NCBI GenBank assembly: GCA_902475785.1
Contig: CABSAN010000006.1
Span: 2,927 to 66,926, forward strand
Reading direction: 5' to 3'
Length of the DNA: 64,000 nucleotides
Source: an uncultured Collinsella sp.
Lineage (GTDB): Bacteria > Actinomycetota > Coriobacteriia > Coriobacteriales > Coriobacteriaceae
Below are positions 48,532-58,532 of the stretch, in pieces; the first letter of the stretch is position 1, and each line of letters opens with the position of its first letter. Position numbers and translations under genes: made by a program. Under the pieces are notes generated by a model. The model saw only the letters and a list, made by a program, of their open reading frames with translations. It did not search any database and was not told where the DNA came from.

Positions 48532-49662
48532 ATGTCTGAGTTTGCTGCCGGTCCTGCCGGTCGTATCGAGCGTGTCCGTACCCTGATGGCTGAGCGCGGC
48601 TACGACGCTATCGTCGTGCGCGACGAGGCCAATCTTCGTTGGCTCACGGGCGTGAAGGGCGTCTTCGATTACACCTTCGAGTTCCCGCACGCCGCGTTTA
48701 TTACGGCTGATCAGTGCCTGTTCCATACCGACTCGCGCTACCTCAACAGCTTTGAGGAGAACACGCCTGCCGGCAGCCCCTGGGTCTACGACATGGACGA
48801 GGGCACCATCCCCGGTTGGGTCGCCGGCAAGATCGCGGCCAACAAGTGCCGCGTCTGCGCTGTCGAGGACGACATGCAGATCAACTTCTACCAGGGTATT
48901 CAGCGTGGTCTGGAGGATCGTTCCGTCGCCTGCATGCTGCCGCTGATGCATGACGACATTCGCAAGATGCGCGCCATCAAGGATGCCGAGGAGATCGAGC
49001 TCATGCGCCATGCGCAGTCGATCACCGATGCCGCCTTCCAGCACATGCTCGGCTTTATTAAGCCCGGTATGACCGAGAAGCAGGTTCGCAACGAGCTCGA
49101 GAACTTTATGTTTGCCAATGGCGCCGATAGCTTGGCCTTCGGCTCTATCGTGGCGAGCGGCCCCAATACCGCCAACCCGCATGCCGTGCCGAGTGACCGC
49201 GTGATTGAGAAGGGCGACTTCGTCCTCATGGATTACGGTGCGGGCTACTGCGATTATCGTTCCGACATGACGCGCACCGTCGTGATGGGCGAGCCTACCC
49301 AGGAGCAGCTCGACCTGTACGCACTCGTACGCCGCACCCACGAGGAGTGCGTCGCCGCCATCCATCCGGGCGTCGAGGGCAACGACATTTTCAAGCTTTC
49401 CAAGAAGATCATCGGTGATGCCGGCTATGGCGATTACTACAACCATGGCCTGGGTCACGGCGTCGGTATCGACATCCACGAGCTGCCCAACTTTAACCGC
49501 AGCAAGAATATCATCGAGGTTGGCTCGGTTGTCACCATGGAGCCCGGCGTGTACCTGCCCGGTGTGGGCGGCGTGCGCCTGGAGGACTACGGCGTGGTCA
49601 CCGAGAACGGCTATGAGCCTTTCACCAAGACGTCGCATGATCTTCACGTCATCGATTGCTAG
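48532..49662 (+). CDS. Xaa-Pro aminopeptidase (M24B family)
   Basis: [42 protein letters not shown] and GVRLED motifs; upstream of efp. Confidence 0.93.
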   Translation: MSEFAAGPAGRIERVRTLMAERGYDAIVVRDEANLRWLTGVKGVFDYTFEFPHAAFITADQCLFHTDSRYLNSFEENTPAGSPWVYDMDEGTIPGWVAGKIAANKCRVCAVEDDMQINFYQGIQRGLEDRSVACMLPLMHDDIRKMRAIKDAEEIELMRHAQSITDAAFQHMLGFIKPGMTEKQVRNELENFMFANGADSLAFGSIVASGPNTANPHAVPSDRVIEKGDFVLMDYGAGYCDYRSDMTRTVVMGEPTQEQLDLYALVRRTHEECVAAIHPGVEGNDIFKLSKKIIGDAGYGDYYNHGLGHGVGIDIHELPNFNRSKNIIEVGSVVTMEPGVYLPGVGGVRLEDYGVVTENGYEPFTKTSHDLHVIDC

Positions 49663-49684
49663 CCTATTTCGATAGATTTTTGGG

Positions 49685-49727
49685 GCGGGGCGTCCGGATA
49701 GATTCGGACGCCCCGCGTTCTCTTTTT
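49685..49727 (+). terminator. Terminator after the aminopeptidase gene
   Basis: gcggggcgtccgga-taga-ttcggacgccccgc followed by a T-rich run. Confidence 0.7.
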
Positions 49728-49821
49728 ATGCGCTCGCTGCAGGCGCCGTCTGCAAGTGTATAATTTCGGTCGTATGTAATTTGGGCGCTTGTGCGTTCTG
49801 CCCATAACAAGAAAGGTCACT

Positions 49822-50385
49822 ATGCCTACCATTTCTACCGCCGACTTCAAGAACGGCCTCGGTCTCCGCATTAAGGACAAGGTCTACACCATCGTCGAGT
49901 TCCAGCATGTCAAGCCGGGCAAGGGCGGCGCGTTTGTGCGCTACAAGACCCGCGACATCAAGAGCGGCCGCGTCGTCGAGAACACCTGCAACGCCGGCAC
50001 CAAGTTCGAGAGCGTTATGCTCACCACCCGTGAGTTCCAGTACCTCTATAACGATGGCGCCGATTACATCTTCATGGACAATGAGACCTATGAGCAGGTT
50101 CCCGTTCCTGAGGACATGGTGGGCGAGAACTCCAAGTGGCTGCGCGAGAACGACATCTGTCAGCTGCTCTTTGCCGACGATGAGCTCATGGGCGTGACCC
50201 CGCCGATGTTCATCGAGACCACCATCGTCCAGACCGACCCGGGTTTTAAGGGCGACACCGTCCAGGGTTCCACCAAGCCGGCCACGATCGACACCGGCGC
50301 TGTCATCCAGGTCCCCATGTACCTCAACGAGGGCGAGGTCATCAAGGTTGACACCCGCGACGGCAAGTTCGTCTCCCGCGTCTAG
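49822..50385 (+). CDS. efp: Elongation factor P
   Basis: HVKPGKGGAFVR, PGFKGDT and KVDTRDGKFVSR motifs; GAAAGGT RBS. Confidence 0.97.
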   Translation: MPTISTADFKNGLGLRIKDKVYTIVEFQHVKPGKGGAFVRYKTRDIKSGRVVENTCNAGTKFESVMLTTREFQYLYNDGADYIFMDNETYEQVPVPEDMVGENSKWLRENDICQLLFADDELMGVTPPMFIETTIVQTDPGFKGDTVQGSTKPATIDTGAVIQVPMYLNEGEVIKVDTRDGKFVSRV

Positions 50386-50409
50386 CAACCAACTCTTCTA
50401 GGAGGACTC

Positions 50410-50772
50410 ATGCCCCAGGAAATCAAGATTGACGGCATCGGCATTTCGCCCGATGTTCTGACCGCCATCGTCTCGCGCGCCGTGTCGGATGTCGAGGGCA
50501 TCGCCTCCGTTGGCGTCAAGGACCTTGCCACCAACCTTGTCTCCATGATGCTCTCGTCCAAGGCCCCGGCTTCCGAGCCGGCGGTCGAGGCCGAGGTCGT
50601 CGGCGACAAGCTCGCACTCACCGTGCGTGTCGTGGTGTTCTTTGGCTATCCGTTCAAGAAACTCGCCGAGGCCGTTCGCGCCGCCGTGGTCGCCGCCATC
50701 GATGCTCAGGTGGGCGTCGAGGTCGAGCGCGTTGACGTTTGCATCGACGGCCTCGTTTTCCCCAAGGAGTAA
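50410..50772 (+). CDS. Asp23/Gls24 family protein (YqhY-like)
   Basis: ISPDVLTAIVS.A...VEGI pattern; between efp and nusB. Confidence 0.8.
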   Translation: MPQEIKIDGIGISPDVLTAIVSRAVSDVEGIASVGVKDLATNLVSMMLSSKAPASEPAVEAEVVGDKLALTVRVVVFFGYPFKKLAEAVRAAVVAAIDAQVGVEVERVDVCIDGLVFPKE

Positions 50773-50775
50773 CCT

Positions 50776-51363
50776 TTGAGCCTTAAGGTTTATCGCGGGC
50801 GCACGCTTGCCCGCAGTCAGGCGCTGCAGCTGCTGTTCCAGGCCGAGGCCACGGACAGCCCGCTCGAGCGCGTCCTCGAGGGCGATTTCCTGATCTCGAA
50901 GGGTCCCCTCGACCCCTATGCGCTGGAGCTTTGCCGCGGTGCCTACGAGCATATCGATCGCATCGACTGTGCCCTGCGCGCCGTCGCCAAGAACTGGGAT
51001 CTTATGCGCATGCCCGGCGCCGACCGCAACCTGCTGCGTATCGCCGTCTACGAGATGCGCTTCCTCACTGACGAGGAGGTCTCGGACGCTATCGTGATCA
51101 ACGAGGCAGTCGAAATCGCCAAGGCTTATGGTACCGACCAGTCCGCGTCGTTTGTCAACGGCGTGCTGGGCAAGATCGCTCGCAGCGAGGAGTTGCCGGG
51201 CGAGGACCTGTACCAAGAGCTGCTGGCCGAGGATCGCGCTCGCGAGGAGGCACAGGCTGCCGAGGCGGCCGCAAAGGTCGCTGCCGCTCAGGCTGCCGCC
51301 GGTGTACTTGCCGAGGATGCGGACGCTGCTGAGGCCGTCGAGGCCGACTCCGTCGAGGAGTAG
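50776..51363 (+). CDS. nusB: Transcription antitermination factor NusB
   Basis: AR..ALQLLFQ, DRNLLRIAVYE, INEAVEIAKAYG and FVNGVL motifs. Confidence 0.95.
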   Translation: MSLKVYRGRTLARSQALQLLFQAEATDSPLERVLEGDFLISKGPLDPYALELCRGAYEHIDRIDCALRAVAKNWDLMRMPGADRNLLRIAVYEMRFLTDEEVSDAIVINEAVEIAKAYGTDQSASFVNGVLGKIARSEELPGEDLYQELLAEDRAREEAQAAEAAAKVAAAQAAAGVLAEDADAAEAVEADSVEE

Positions 51364-51365
51364 CC

Positions 51366-51632
51366 ATGCCAGAGGGTTCCGTCCGCAACTTCGATGAGAT
51401 CTCGGATCGCCTGGACCAGATTATCGCCACCGTTCGCTCCAAGGATACGTCCTTGGAGCGTTCGCTTGATTTGTTTGACGAGGCGATTGAGCTGGGCTCC
51501 CGTGCGGTCGATATGGTCGACAAGTTTGAGCTGACACCGCGTGAGGCCGACAAGCTCGAGCAGGAATACGATGAGGATGCGGCAAATGAGTCCCAAGATA
51601 GGCAGGCTGCATCCCCGGATACGAATGGTTGA
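51366..51632 (+). CDS. xseB: Exodeoxyribonuclease VII small subunit
   Basis: FDEISDRLDQII...SLERSLDLFDEAIEL pattern; usual neighbourhood. Confidence 0.8.
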   Translation: MPEGSVRNFDEISDRLDQIIATVRSKDTSLERSLDLFDEAIELGSRAVDMVDKFELTPREADKLEQEYDEDAANESQDRQAASPDTNG

Positions 51633-52444
51633 TGGCATTCATGAAACGCGTGCGTCTCGATGACGAACTGATTTCACAGGGCATCTGCGCCGATCGCGCG
51701 GATGCCCTTCGCACTCTTATGGCCGGCTTGGTTTCGAGTGGCGGTGAGCGCTTGACCTCTCCGGGGCTCAAGGTGACGCCGGGCCTGCCACTGCACGTCA
51801 AGGGCCGCATTCCGTACGTTGGGCGCGGCGGGCTCAAGCTCGAGGGTGCGCTCGATGCGTTTTGTATCGATCCCACGGGCCTTGCCTGCCTGGACGTAGG
51901 CTGCTCTACTGGCGGCTTTACCGATTGCCTGCTCAAGCGCGGTGCCGCCACGGTCGTTTCGGTCGATGTGGGCCGTGCCCAGTTTGACTGGTCGCTGCGC
52001 CAAGACGATCGCGTGACGCTCCATGAACGCACGAATGTGACGCAGTTGCCCGAGCTCGGCTACGGCGGCGCTATTGACCTCGCCGTGTGCGACGTGTCTT
52101 TTACCAGCATCGCGAACATCATCGATGCGGTGTTGGCGTGTCTGAAGCGTTCGGGTTCGTTTTGCACGCTCGTAAAGCCGCAGTTTGAGGCGCCGGCTGC
52201 GCTGGTGGGCGAGGGCGGTATCGTAACCGACCCCGCCGTCCGCCGCGATACGCTCGTGGCGGCGATTGAGCTGTTCGCCGCCAAGGGATTGTTCCCGGTC
52301 GACGTGTTCGTGTCGCCCATTCATGGCGCCAAGGGCAACGTCGAGTTTTTCCTGTACGGCACGAGGTTTGTCCCCGATGAGCGCTCCGATGACGAGTTGC
52401 AATCCCAGGTATCGGCTTTGAGCGAGAAAGCGGCAACGCTATGA
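51632..52444 (+). CDS. tlyA: TlyA family rRNA methyltransferase
   Basis: RLD S4-like start, YVGRGGLKL, DVGCSTGGFTD, DVSFTS, LVKPQFE and SPIHG..GNVEF motifs. Confidence 0.92.
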   Translation: MAFMKRVRLDDELISQGICADRADALRTLMAGLVSSGGERLTSPGLKVTPGLPLHVKGRIPYVGRGGLKLEGALDAFCIDPTGLACLDVGCSTGGFTDCLLKRGAATVVSVDVGRAQFDWSLRQDDRVTLHERTNVTQLPELGYGGAIDLAVCDVSFTSIANIIDAVLACLKRSGSFCTLVKPQFEAPAALVGEGGIVTDPAVRRDTLVAAIELFAAKGLFPVDVFVSPIHGAKGNVEFFLYGTRFVPDERSDDELQSQVSALSEKAATL

Positions 52445-53301
52445 AGGTCTTTCTGGTTCCCAATTACTACAAGCAAGAGGCGGTCGAGAGCGGTCTGATG
52501 CTCGAGCTTTGGCTTTCGCGCCAAGGCTATGAGGTCGCATGGGCTGCCCACCAGCGCTCCAAGATTCAGAGCACGCCCGATGTTGACGATGCCGACCTGG
52601 TCATTACGCTCGGCGGTGACGGCACGTTGCTGCGCGCCGCTCGTATCCTCAACTACCGCGAGATTCCCATTTTGGGTCTTTCCTATGGTCACCTTGGCTT
52701 TTTGACGGCGGCCAGTCCTGAGGAGCGTGACATTTTGCAGGTTGTGAGCGATGCCCTGTCCGGTGAGCTCCACGTGAGCCGCCGCGCGACCATCGCCGCG
52801 GATATCGTCTCGGTGCGCGATGACGGCACGAAGGACGTCGTGCGCGCGTTTGCTCTCAACGATATGGCGCTCACGCGCGGGCCGCTCTCCGATATGGTTG
52901 AGTTTGACATCACGGTGTCCGGCCATCATATCGATCGCCTGCGCGGTGACGGTGTCGTCGTGTCGACGGCGACTGGCTCCACCGGCTATGCGCTGAGCGC
53001 CGGCGGCCCCATCGTGAGCCCCGACTATACGGGTATGGTCTGTGTGCCCATCGCGCCGCACACCATTCAAGCTCGCGCTTTCTTGACCTCGCCGAGCGAT
53101 GTCGTCGAAATCTTTATGTCCGATGATCGCCCGAGCGTGCCTGCCATCGCTATCGACGGACAGTTTGTTACCTGCGACGGCACGGTCGAGAGCGTGGCCG
53201 TGCGTCGCGGTCCCGGCGATGTGCTGCTGCTCGATTACGGTCCCGAGAGCTTCTATAACTCAGTGAGCCGCGTGTTCTATGGAGTGCGTCATGATCGATG
53301 A
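52441..53301 (+). CDS. nadK: NAD kinase
   Basis: LGGDGTLL, GHLGFL, ALND and DGVVVSTATGSTGYALSAGGP motifs. Confidence 0.95.
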   Translation: MKVFLVPNYYKQEAVESGLMLELWLSRQGYEVAWAAHQRSKIQSTPDVDDADLVITLGGDGTLLRAARILNYREIPILGLSYGHLGFLTAASPEERDILQVVSDALSGELHVSRRATIAADIVSVRDDGTKDVVRAFALNDMALTRGPLSDMVEFDITVSGHHIDRLRGDGVVVSTATGSTGYALSAGGPIVSPDYTGMVCVPIAPHTIQARAFLTSPSDVVEIFMSDDRPSVPAIAIDGQFVTCDGTVESVAVRRGPGDVLLLDYGPESFYNSVSRVFYGVRHDR

Positions 53302-54919
53302 GCTGCAGGTTTCTAACATTGCACTCATTCGCGAGGCGACGTTGGTGCCAAGCGCGGGTCTAACGGTTCTGACCGGCGAGACCGGTGCCGGTAAGACCGC
53401 ACTGCTCTCGGCGCTCAAGCTCATTTTGGGCGAGCGCGCGGATTCGTCGACGGTGCGCGAGGGCGAGGCGCTTGCCAGCGTCGAGGCGCGCCTGTTCGAA
53501 GGCCCGCACGATACGGAGGGCTTCACCGTGCAGCGCAGTCTTTCTGCCGAGGGCCGCAGCCGCGTAAAAATTGACGGCCGCATCGCCAGCGTGCGTGAGC
53601 TTTCCGAGCGCGTCGGCGTGATGATGGATTTGTGCGGCCAGCATGAGCACCAGCGCCTCCTAGATCCGGCACATCATGTTGCCATGGTTGATGCCTGGGC
53701 TGGGCGCGCGACACTCGAGGCGCTGGAAAAGTACCGTGTCTGCTTCAAGGCGTCGCGTGCGGCTGCTAAAGAGGTCCGTCGCGTTGAAGAGGCCTCGCGT
53801 GCGCAGGGGAGTCGCATCGAGGAGGCGCGCTTCGCCCTGGAGCGCATCGCCGAGGTCGATCCCAAGCCGGGTGAGTATGAGGAGCTCGAGGAGCTGTTGC
53901 CGCGCTCCGAGCATGCCGAGGTTCTGGTGGCCACGGCTAACGAAGCCCATGCATCGCTTGCTGCCGAAGGGGGAGCGCTTGATGCCGTGAATGGCGCCGT
54001 GGCCGAGCTTTCACGCATGGCGACCGTTGACCGCAAGCTAGGTGACATCGCCGACGCACTTTCGGATGCCTGCATTTCGCTTGAGGATTGCGCCAACGAG
54101 TTGCGTGCTTATCGCGATGGCGTTGCGTTTGACCCTCGCGAGCTGGCTCGTATGCGCGAACGGTATTCCGACCTCAAGGGTCTGCTGCGTCAGTGGGGTC
54201 CCACCATGGACGATGTATTTGCCATGCGCGATCGCTCGCAAGAGCTGTTGTCGCTGGTAGACGATGGTGATGAGCAGATCAAGAAGGCTCGCGAAGCGCT
54301 TGGCGCGGCGGAGCGTGAACTGTTCGCCGCCGCCAAGGCGCTCAAGCGTGCGCGCAATACCGCTGCTCCGCGTTTTTGTCACGAGGTGGGTCGTCAGATG
54401 GCGCGCCTGGAGATGGGCGGCGCTGAGCTGGTCTGGGAGTCGCGCGATCTTCCGCGTGCTGAGTGGACACTCGCGGGTCCTTCGAGTTATGAGCTGCTAT
54501 ATCGCAGCGGCGCCGGCTTGACACCTCGTCCCTTGCGCCGCATTGCCTCGGGCGGCGAGCTGAGCCGCGTGATGCTGGCGAGCAAGGTTGTCCTCGGTAA
54601 TGCGGACGGCGTCGACACGCTGGTGTTCGACGAGGTCGATGCCGGTGTCGGCGGCTCCACGGCTCGTGCTCTTGCTGGTGTGCTGGCCGATCTTGCCGCC
54701 ACGCATCAGGTGATTGTCGTAACACACCTGGCGCAGGTTGCGGTCATGGCCGACAAGCATTACGTGGTCAGTAAAGAGCCCGGCGACGTTCCTCAAACGC
54801 ACCTGGACGAGGTGACCGGCGATGCCCGTACCGCAGAGATCGCCCGTATGCTGAGCGGCGATCAATCCGAGGCAAGCCTAGCGCACGCCAGGCAGATGCT
54901 CGAAGAAGCGCGTGCTTAG
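53291..54919 (+). CDS. recN: DNA repair protein RecN
   Basis: LTGETGAGKT, GQHEHQ, IASGGELSR, FDEVDAGVGG, VTHLAQVA and EIARML motifs. Confidence 0.96.
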   Translation: MIDELQVSNIALIREATLVPSAGLTVLTGETGAGKTALLSALKLILGERADSSTVREGEALASVEARLFEGPHDTEGFTVQRSLSAEGRSRVKIDGRIASVRELSERVGVMMDLCGQHEHQRLLDPAHHVAMVDAWAGRATLEALEKYRVCFKASRAAAKEVRRVEEASRAQGSRIEEARFALERIAEVDPKPGEYEELEELLPRSEHAEVLVATANEAHASLAAEGGALDAVNGAVAELSRMATVDRKLGDIADALSDACISLEDCANELRAYRDGVAFDPRELARMRERYSDLKGLLRQWGPTMDDVFAMRDRSQELLSLVDDGDEQIKKAREALGAAERELFAAAKALKRARNTAAPRFCHEVGRQMARLEMGGAELVWESRDLPRAEWTLAGPSSYELLYRSGAGLTPRPLRRIASGGELSRVMLASKVVLGNADGVDTLVFDEVDAGVGGSTARALAGVLADLAATHQVIVVTHLAQVAVMADKHYVVSKEPGDVPQTHLDEVTGDARTAEIARMLSGDQSEASLAHARQMLEEARA

Positions 54920-54953
54920 GCCGAGCCGTTACATGTATGTTCGACCCGGCCGC

Positions 54954-55109
54954 CACGAAACCGGCCTAACTACTACGTTTAATAGGCTATCGGCAACCAC
55001 GTCAAGAATTGCAAAAAGAAAACCGCAGGTAGAAAGCCTGCGGTTTTTTCTATTTTCGGCATGTGGTTGGGCCATGCTGTTAAAACGTAGTAGATGGGCC
55101 GGTTTCGTG
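54954..55109. repeat. 156-bp imperfect palindrome with a central terminator-like hairpin between convergent genes
   Basis: Outer arms cacgaaaccggcc..ctactacgttt / aaacgtagtag..ggccggtttcgtg; core aaaaccgcagg-tagaaag-cctgcggtttt. Confidence 0.8.
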
Positions 55110-55140
55110 CCGAGCGGCGTTTGTTGGCTCCCTAAAATGT

Positions 55141-55998
55141 CTACTCCACGACCTTATCCGGTTGGATGAGTTCCTCATAGTAGCTAATGTGCTCTCGGGC
55201 GTCCTCAATTTCGGGCAGCAGGAAGTTGTAGATGACCTCGATGATCATCGTGGCGCTCATTTTGGAGAACGCAAAGTCGCCCGTGGTGAGCAGCGCCTCG
55301 TGGTTCACGGTATTAAAGGTGTAGTCGGCCAGGCGAGCAAGTGGAGACTTGCTGTCGCTGCTGATGACGACCACGGTGGCACCGCAGTCGCGAGCCGCTT
55401 TTGCCATACGATTCAGACGGCGTGACTTGCCGGAGTTCGAGATTAGCACGATAACGTCGCCGGGGCGCAGCGTGAGCGCAAAGCCGATTGATGTCTCGCT
55501 GATGGTGCTCGCCATGCAGCGCAGGCCCAGCTGCGAAAACTTAAACGTCGCGTCGAGAGCGACAGCATTGGTGTTGCCTACGGCCGCAAACTCAATAACG
55601 CCCGCATTCTTTAACGCGTGCACAACTGCGGTCAACGTGTCGTGATCAATGCCGTCGATGGTCGCATTAAGCTCACTTACCTTGGCTGCGAGGATATTTT
55701 TAAGGCTCTGCTCCATGTTGTCGAGCGAGACCTCGTCGGTCAGGCCCTCGTTGCGCTGACTCTCCAAGTCGCGCGCCAACGAAAACTGAAAGCTGCGGAA
55801 GCTGCCAAAGCCCAGCTTGCGGCAAAAGCGCGAAACCGTTGCCTCGGACGTGGCAGCGGCTCGTGAGAGCTGGGCGGCCGTCAGGCGCGGCGCCTCGGAC
55901 TGGTGCTCCAATATATAGTCGACAATGCGCTGCTCGGAATCGCTGTACCCTTTGTGCGTGCTAATAAGGGAGAGCGCGCTCTTGCTGCTATCGGTCAT
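55141..55998 (-). CDS. MurR/RpiR family transcriptional regulator
   Basis: SEQRIVDYIL and SEATVSRFCRKLGF..F HTH plus SIS domain (ISNSGKS, SPLARLAD); start at the ATG after AGGAG. Confidence 0.93.
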   Translation of the reverse strand: MTDSSKSALSLISTHKGYSDSEQRIVDYILEHQSEAPRLTAAQLSRAAATSEATVSRFCRKLGFGSFRSFQFSLARDLESQRNEGLTDEVSLDNMEQSLKNILAAKVSELNATIDGIDHDTLTAVVHALKNAGVIEFAAVGNTNAVALDATFKFSQLGLRCMASTISETSIGFALTLRPGDVIVLISNSGKSRRLNRMAKAARDCGATVVVISSDSKSPLARLADYTFNTVNHEALLTTGDFAFSKMSATMIIEVIYNFLLPEIEDAREHISYYEELIQPDKVVE

Positions 55999-56078
55999 GG
56001 ATGGCTCCTGGTTGGCATGAAAATTGGACTCGGTTTCCATGCCATAGTATGCGGACATTTTCAATTACAAGATACACC

Positions 56079-56142
56079 TTGCCGTTTCAAGTGTTGATGG
56101 TAAACTTTCACCTACCGTTTACGGTTATGAAAGAACCTTTCA
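56079..56142 (+). promoter_or_regulatory. Promoter and candidate operator of the PTS permease gene
   Basis: TTGCCG-16-TAAACT with TG extension; palindrome TGAAA-gaacc-TTTCA at 56128-56142. Confidence 0.55.
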
Positions 56143-56269
56143 CCGGAGAATTGCGCCTTGCCCCTTCTCACGCGGACGGTGGGTTGCTATCTTTCAAGTG
56201 TGGAAAAACGCGCATTGAAGCGCGTGCAGGGGAGCGCCTGCGGGCGCAAAACTTAAAAAGGAGGGACAC

Positions 56270-58273
56270 ATGGCTAAGTTTGACATCATCGCCGCGACCG
56301 GTTGCCCGACCGGCATTGCGCACACCTTCATGGCGAAGGAGGCGCTGGAGAAGGCAGCTGCCGAGCGAGGTCTGACCATTAAGGTCGAGACCCATGGCCA
56401 GGTCGGTGTCGAGAACGAGCTCACCAAGAGCGAGATCGCCGGTGCCAAGGCCGTCGTCGTCGCAGCCGATAAGGATGTCCAGGCTGAGCGTTTCGCCGGT
56501 AAGCCCATGGTTTCCGTCGGCGTTTCCAAGGCCCTGTCCGTCGAGGCCGCCGGTAAGCTGATCGACCGCGCGCTCGCCGCCAAGGGCGACGACACGGTTG
56601 CCGCCGCTGCCGATGTCGAGGACGAGGTCGAGGAGAAGGAGTCCATCGGTCACGTCATCTACAAGCACCTCATGAATGGCGTCAGCCACATGCTGGTCTT
56701 CGTCGTTGCCGGTGGTGTTCTGACCGCCGTCTCATTCCTGTGGGGCATTACGTCCTTCGATTCGACGGCTTCCGACTACAACACCTTTGCCGCGATGCTC
56801 AAGATCATCGGCGGCATCGCCATGAACCTCATGGTTCCCGTGCTTTCCGCTTACATCGCCGAGTCCATCGGCAAGCGCCCGGCGCTCGTCCCCGGTTTCG
56901 TCGCCGGTATGATCGCCATCCAGGGCCTGCCTGTTAACGCCGATACCGGCATGATCGACGCCGGTGGCGCAGGTGTGGGCTTTGGCTTCCTGGGCGGCAT
57001 CGTCGGCGGCTTCCTCGCTGGCTATGTCATCCTGCTGCTCGAGAAGGTTTTTGCCGGTCTGCCCAAGAACCTGGACGGCCTCAAGGCTATCTTCCTTTAC
57101 CCGCTGTTCTCGACCGCCATTGTCGGTCTGGTCATGCTCGGCATTTCCGGCCCCATGGCTGCCATCAACACCGCCATGATGGACTTCCTCAAGGGCCTGT
57201 CCGCCTCTGGCGCCGTTGTTCTGGGTCTTGCCATCGGCTGCATGTGCGCCTTTGACATGGGCGGCCCGGTCAACAAGGCTGCTTACGTCACCGGTACCGC
57301 TATGCTCACCGAGGCTCTGGCTGCCGGTGTCGGCACCGATACCTACAACTTCGGCACCAACTTCATGGCTGCCGTCTCCGCCGCCTGCATCGTTCCGCCG
57401 CTGATCACCACCTTCGCCGTCGTTGTCGGCAAGAAGTACTTCAGCCAGGAGGATCACGACGCCGGTGTCGTCAACCTCATCCTTGGTTGCACCCACATCA
57501 CCGAGGGCGCCATTCCGTTCATGACCAAGAACATTTGGCCCGTCATGCCCATCATGATGCTCGGTTCCTCCATCGCTTCGATCCTGACCATTATGTTCAA
57601 CGTTCACGATCCGGCGCCCCACGGTGGCTTCCTGGTCCTGCCCGTTGTCGAGAACGGTCCGCTGTGGGTCCTCGCTATCCTCATCGGCGCTGTGGTCGGC
57701 GGCATCCTGTTCGTGGCCTTCAAGAAGTATGACTTCGAGAAGAACCAGAAGGCCGCTCCTGCAGCCAAGCCGGTTGAGGCCCCCAAGGCCGCTGCCGTCG
57801 AGGCCCCCAAGGCCGAGGCTTCCGACTTCGTGAAGGTCGAGAACGTCTTTGTTGCCGAGGACTTCGCTTCTCGTGACGAGGCTCTGAGCTTTGTCTCCAA
57901 CCAGGCCGTCAAGGCCGGTATCGCCGGCGACGCCGACGCCGTGATGAACGCCTTCCTGGCCCGTGAGGCCGAGGGTACCACGGGCATGATGGAGGGCTTC
58001 GCCATCCCGCATGCCAAGTCCGATGCCATTAACGAGGCTGCCGTCATCGTCGTCAAGGACGACTCTGGCGTGATCGGTTGGGACACCATGGACGGCGCTC
58101 CCGTCAACGTTGCCATCGCCCTGCTCATCCCGGGCGCTCAGGCTGGAACCACGCACCTCAAGATCCTGTCCAAGGTCGCCGAGGCGCTTATGGACGAGGA
58201 CTTCCGTGCCACCGTCAAGGGTTCCACCGACGCCGCCGAGATCGCCAAGACGATCAACGCCCGCCTGGTCTAA
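56270..58273 (+). CDS. PTS fructose-family permease, EIIB-EIIC-EIIA fusion
   Basis: CPTGIAHTFMA (IIB); KHLMNGVSHML, FDMGGPVNKAA and ITEGAIPF (IIC); REAEGTTG..AIPHA (IIA). Confidence 0.93.
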   Translation: MAKFDIIAATGCPTGIAHTFMAKEALEKAAAERGLTIKVETHGQVGVENELTKSEIAGAKAVVVAADKDVQAERFAGKPMVSVGVSKALSVEAAGKLIDRALAAKGDDTVAAAADVEDEVEEKESIGHVIYKHLMNGVSHMLVFVVAGGVLTAVSFLWGITSFDSTASDYNTFAAMLKIIGGIAMNLMVPVLSAYIAESIGKRPALVPGFVAGMIAIQGLPVNADTGMIDAGGAGVGFGFLGGIVGGFLAGYVILLLEKVFAGLPKNLDGLKAIFLYPLFSTAIVGLVMLGISGPMAAINTAMMDFLKGLSASGAVVLGLAIGCMCAFDMGGPVNKAAYVTGTAMLTEALAAGVGTDTYNFGTNFMAAVSAACIVPPLITTFAVVVGKKYFSQEDHDAGVVNLILGCTHITEGAIPFMTKNIWPVMPIMMLGSSIASILTIMFNVHDPAPHGGFLVLPVVENGPLWVLAILIGAVVGGILFVAFKKYDFEKNQKAAPAAKPVEAPKAAAVEAPKAEASDFVKVENVFVAEDFASRDEALSFVSNQAVKAGIAGDADAVMNAFLAREAEGTTGMMEGFAIPHAKSDAINEAAVIVVKDDSGVIGWDTMDGAPVNVAIALLIPGAQAGTTHLKILSKVAEALMDEDFRATVKGSTDAAEIAKTINARLV

Positions 58274-58308
58274 TCCAGCAGTTAGCGAATAATATCGCCC
58301 TTTGTAAC

Positions 58309-58344
58309 AAAGGCGGAGACCCTCTCCAGGGCCTCCGCCTTTTT
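58309..58344 (+). terminator. Terminator after the PTS permease gene
   Basis: aaaggcggagaccct-ctcc-agggcctccgccttttt. Confidence 0.8.
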
Positions 58345-58348
58345 CTGC

Positions 58349-58435
58349 CCCTCCTATAAGTTGCGGTGAAATAGGGACTGTTTAAACGATTCAACCCCAA
58401 TTTCAGTCCCTATTTCACCGCAACTTATAGGAGGG
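58349..58435. repeat. Perfect 32-bp inverted repeat with a 23-nt spacer
   Basis: ccctcctataagttgcggtgaaatagggactg (58349-58380) / cagtccctatttcaccgcaacttataggaggg (58404-58435). Confidence 0.92.
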
Positions 58436-58532
58436 CATAGATAGACCCCATCAACCAGATCAACCAGGCGAACAAATAATCAGCCAGAATTTCGTTCGCA
58501 CGATATTGCTCTGGACCGACTGAGTTTCCGCA

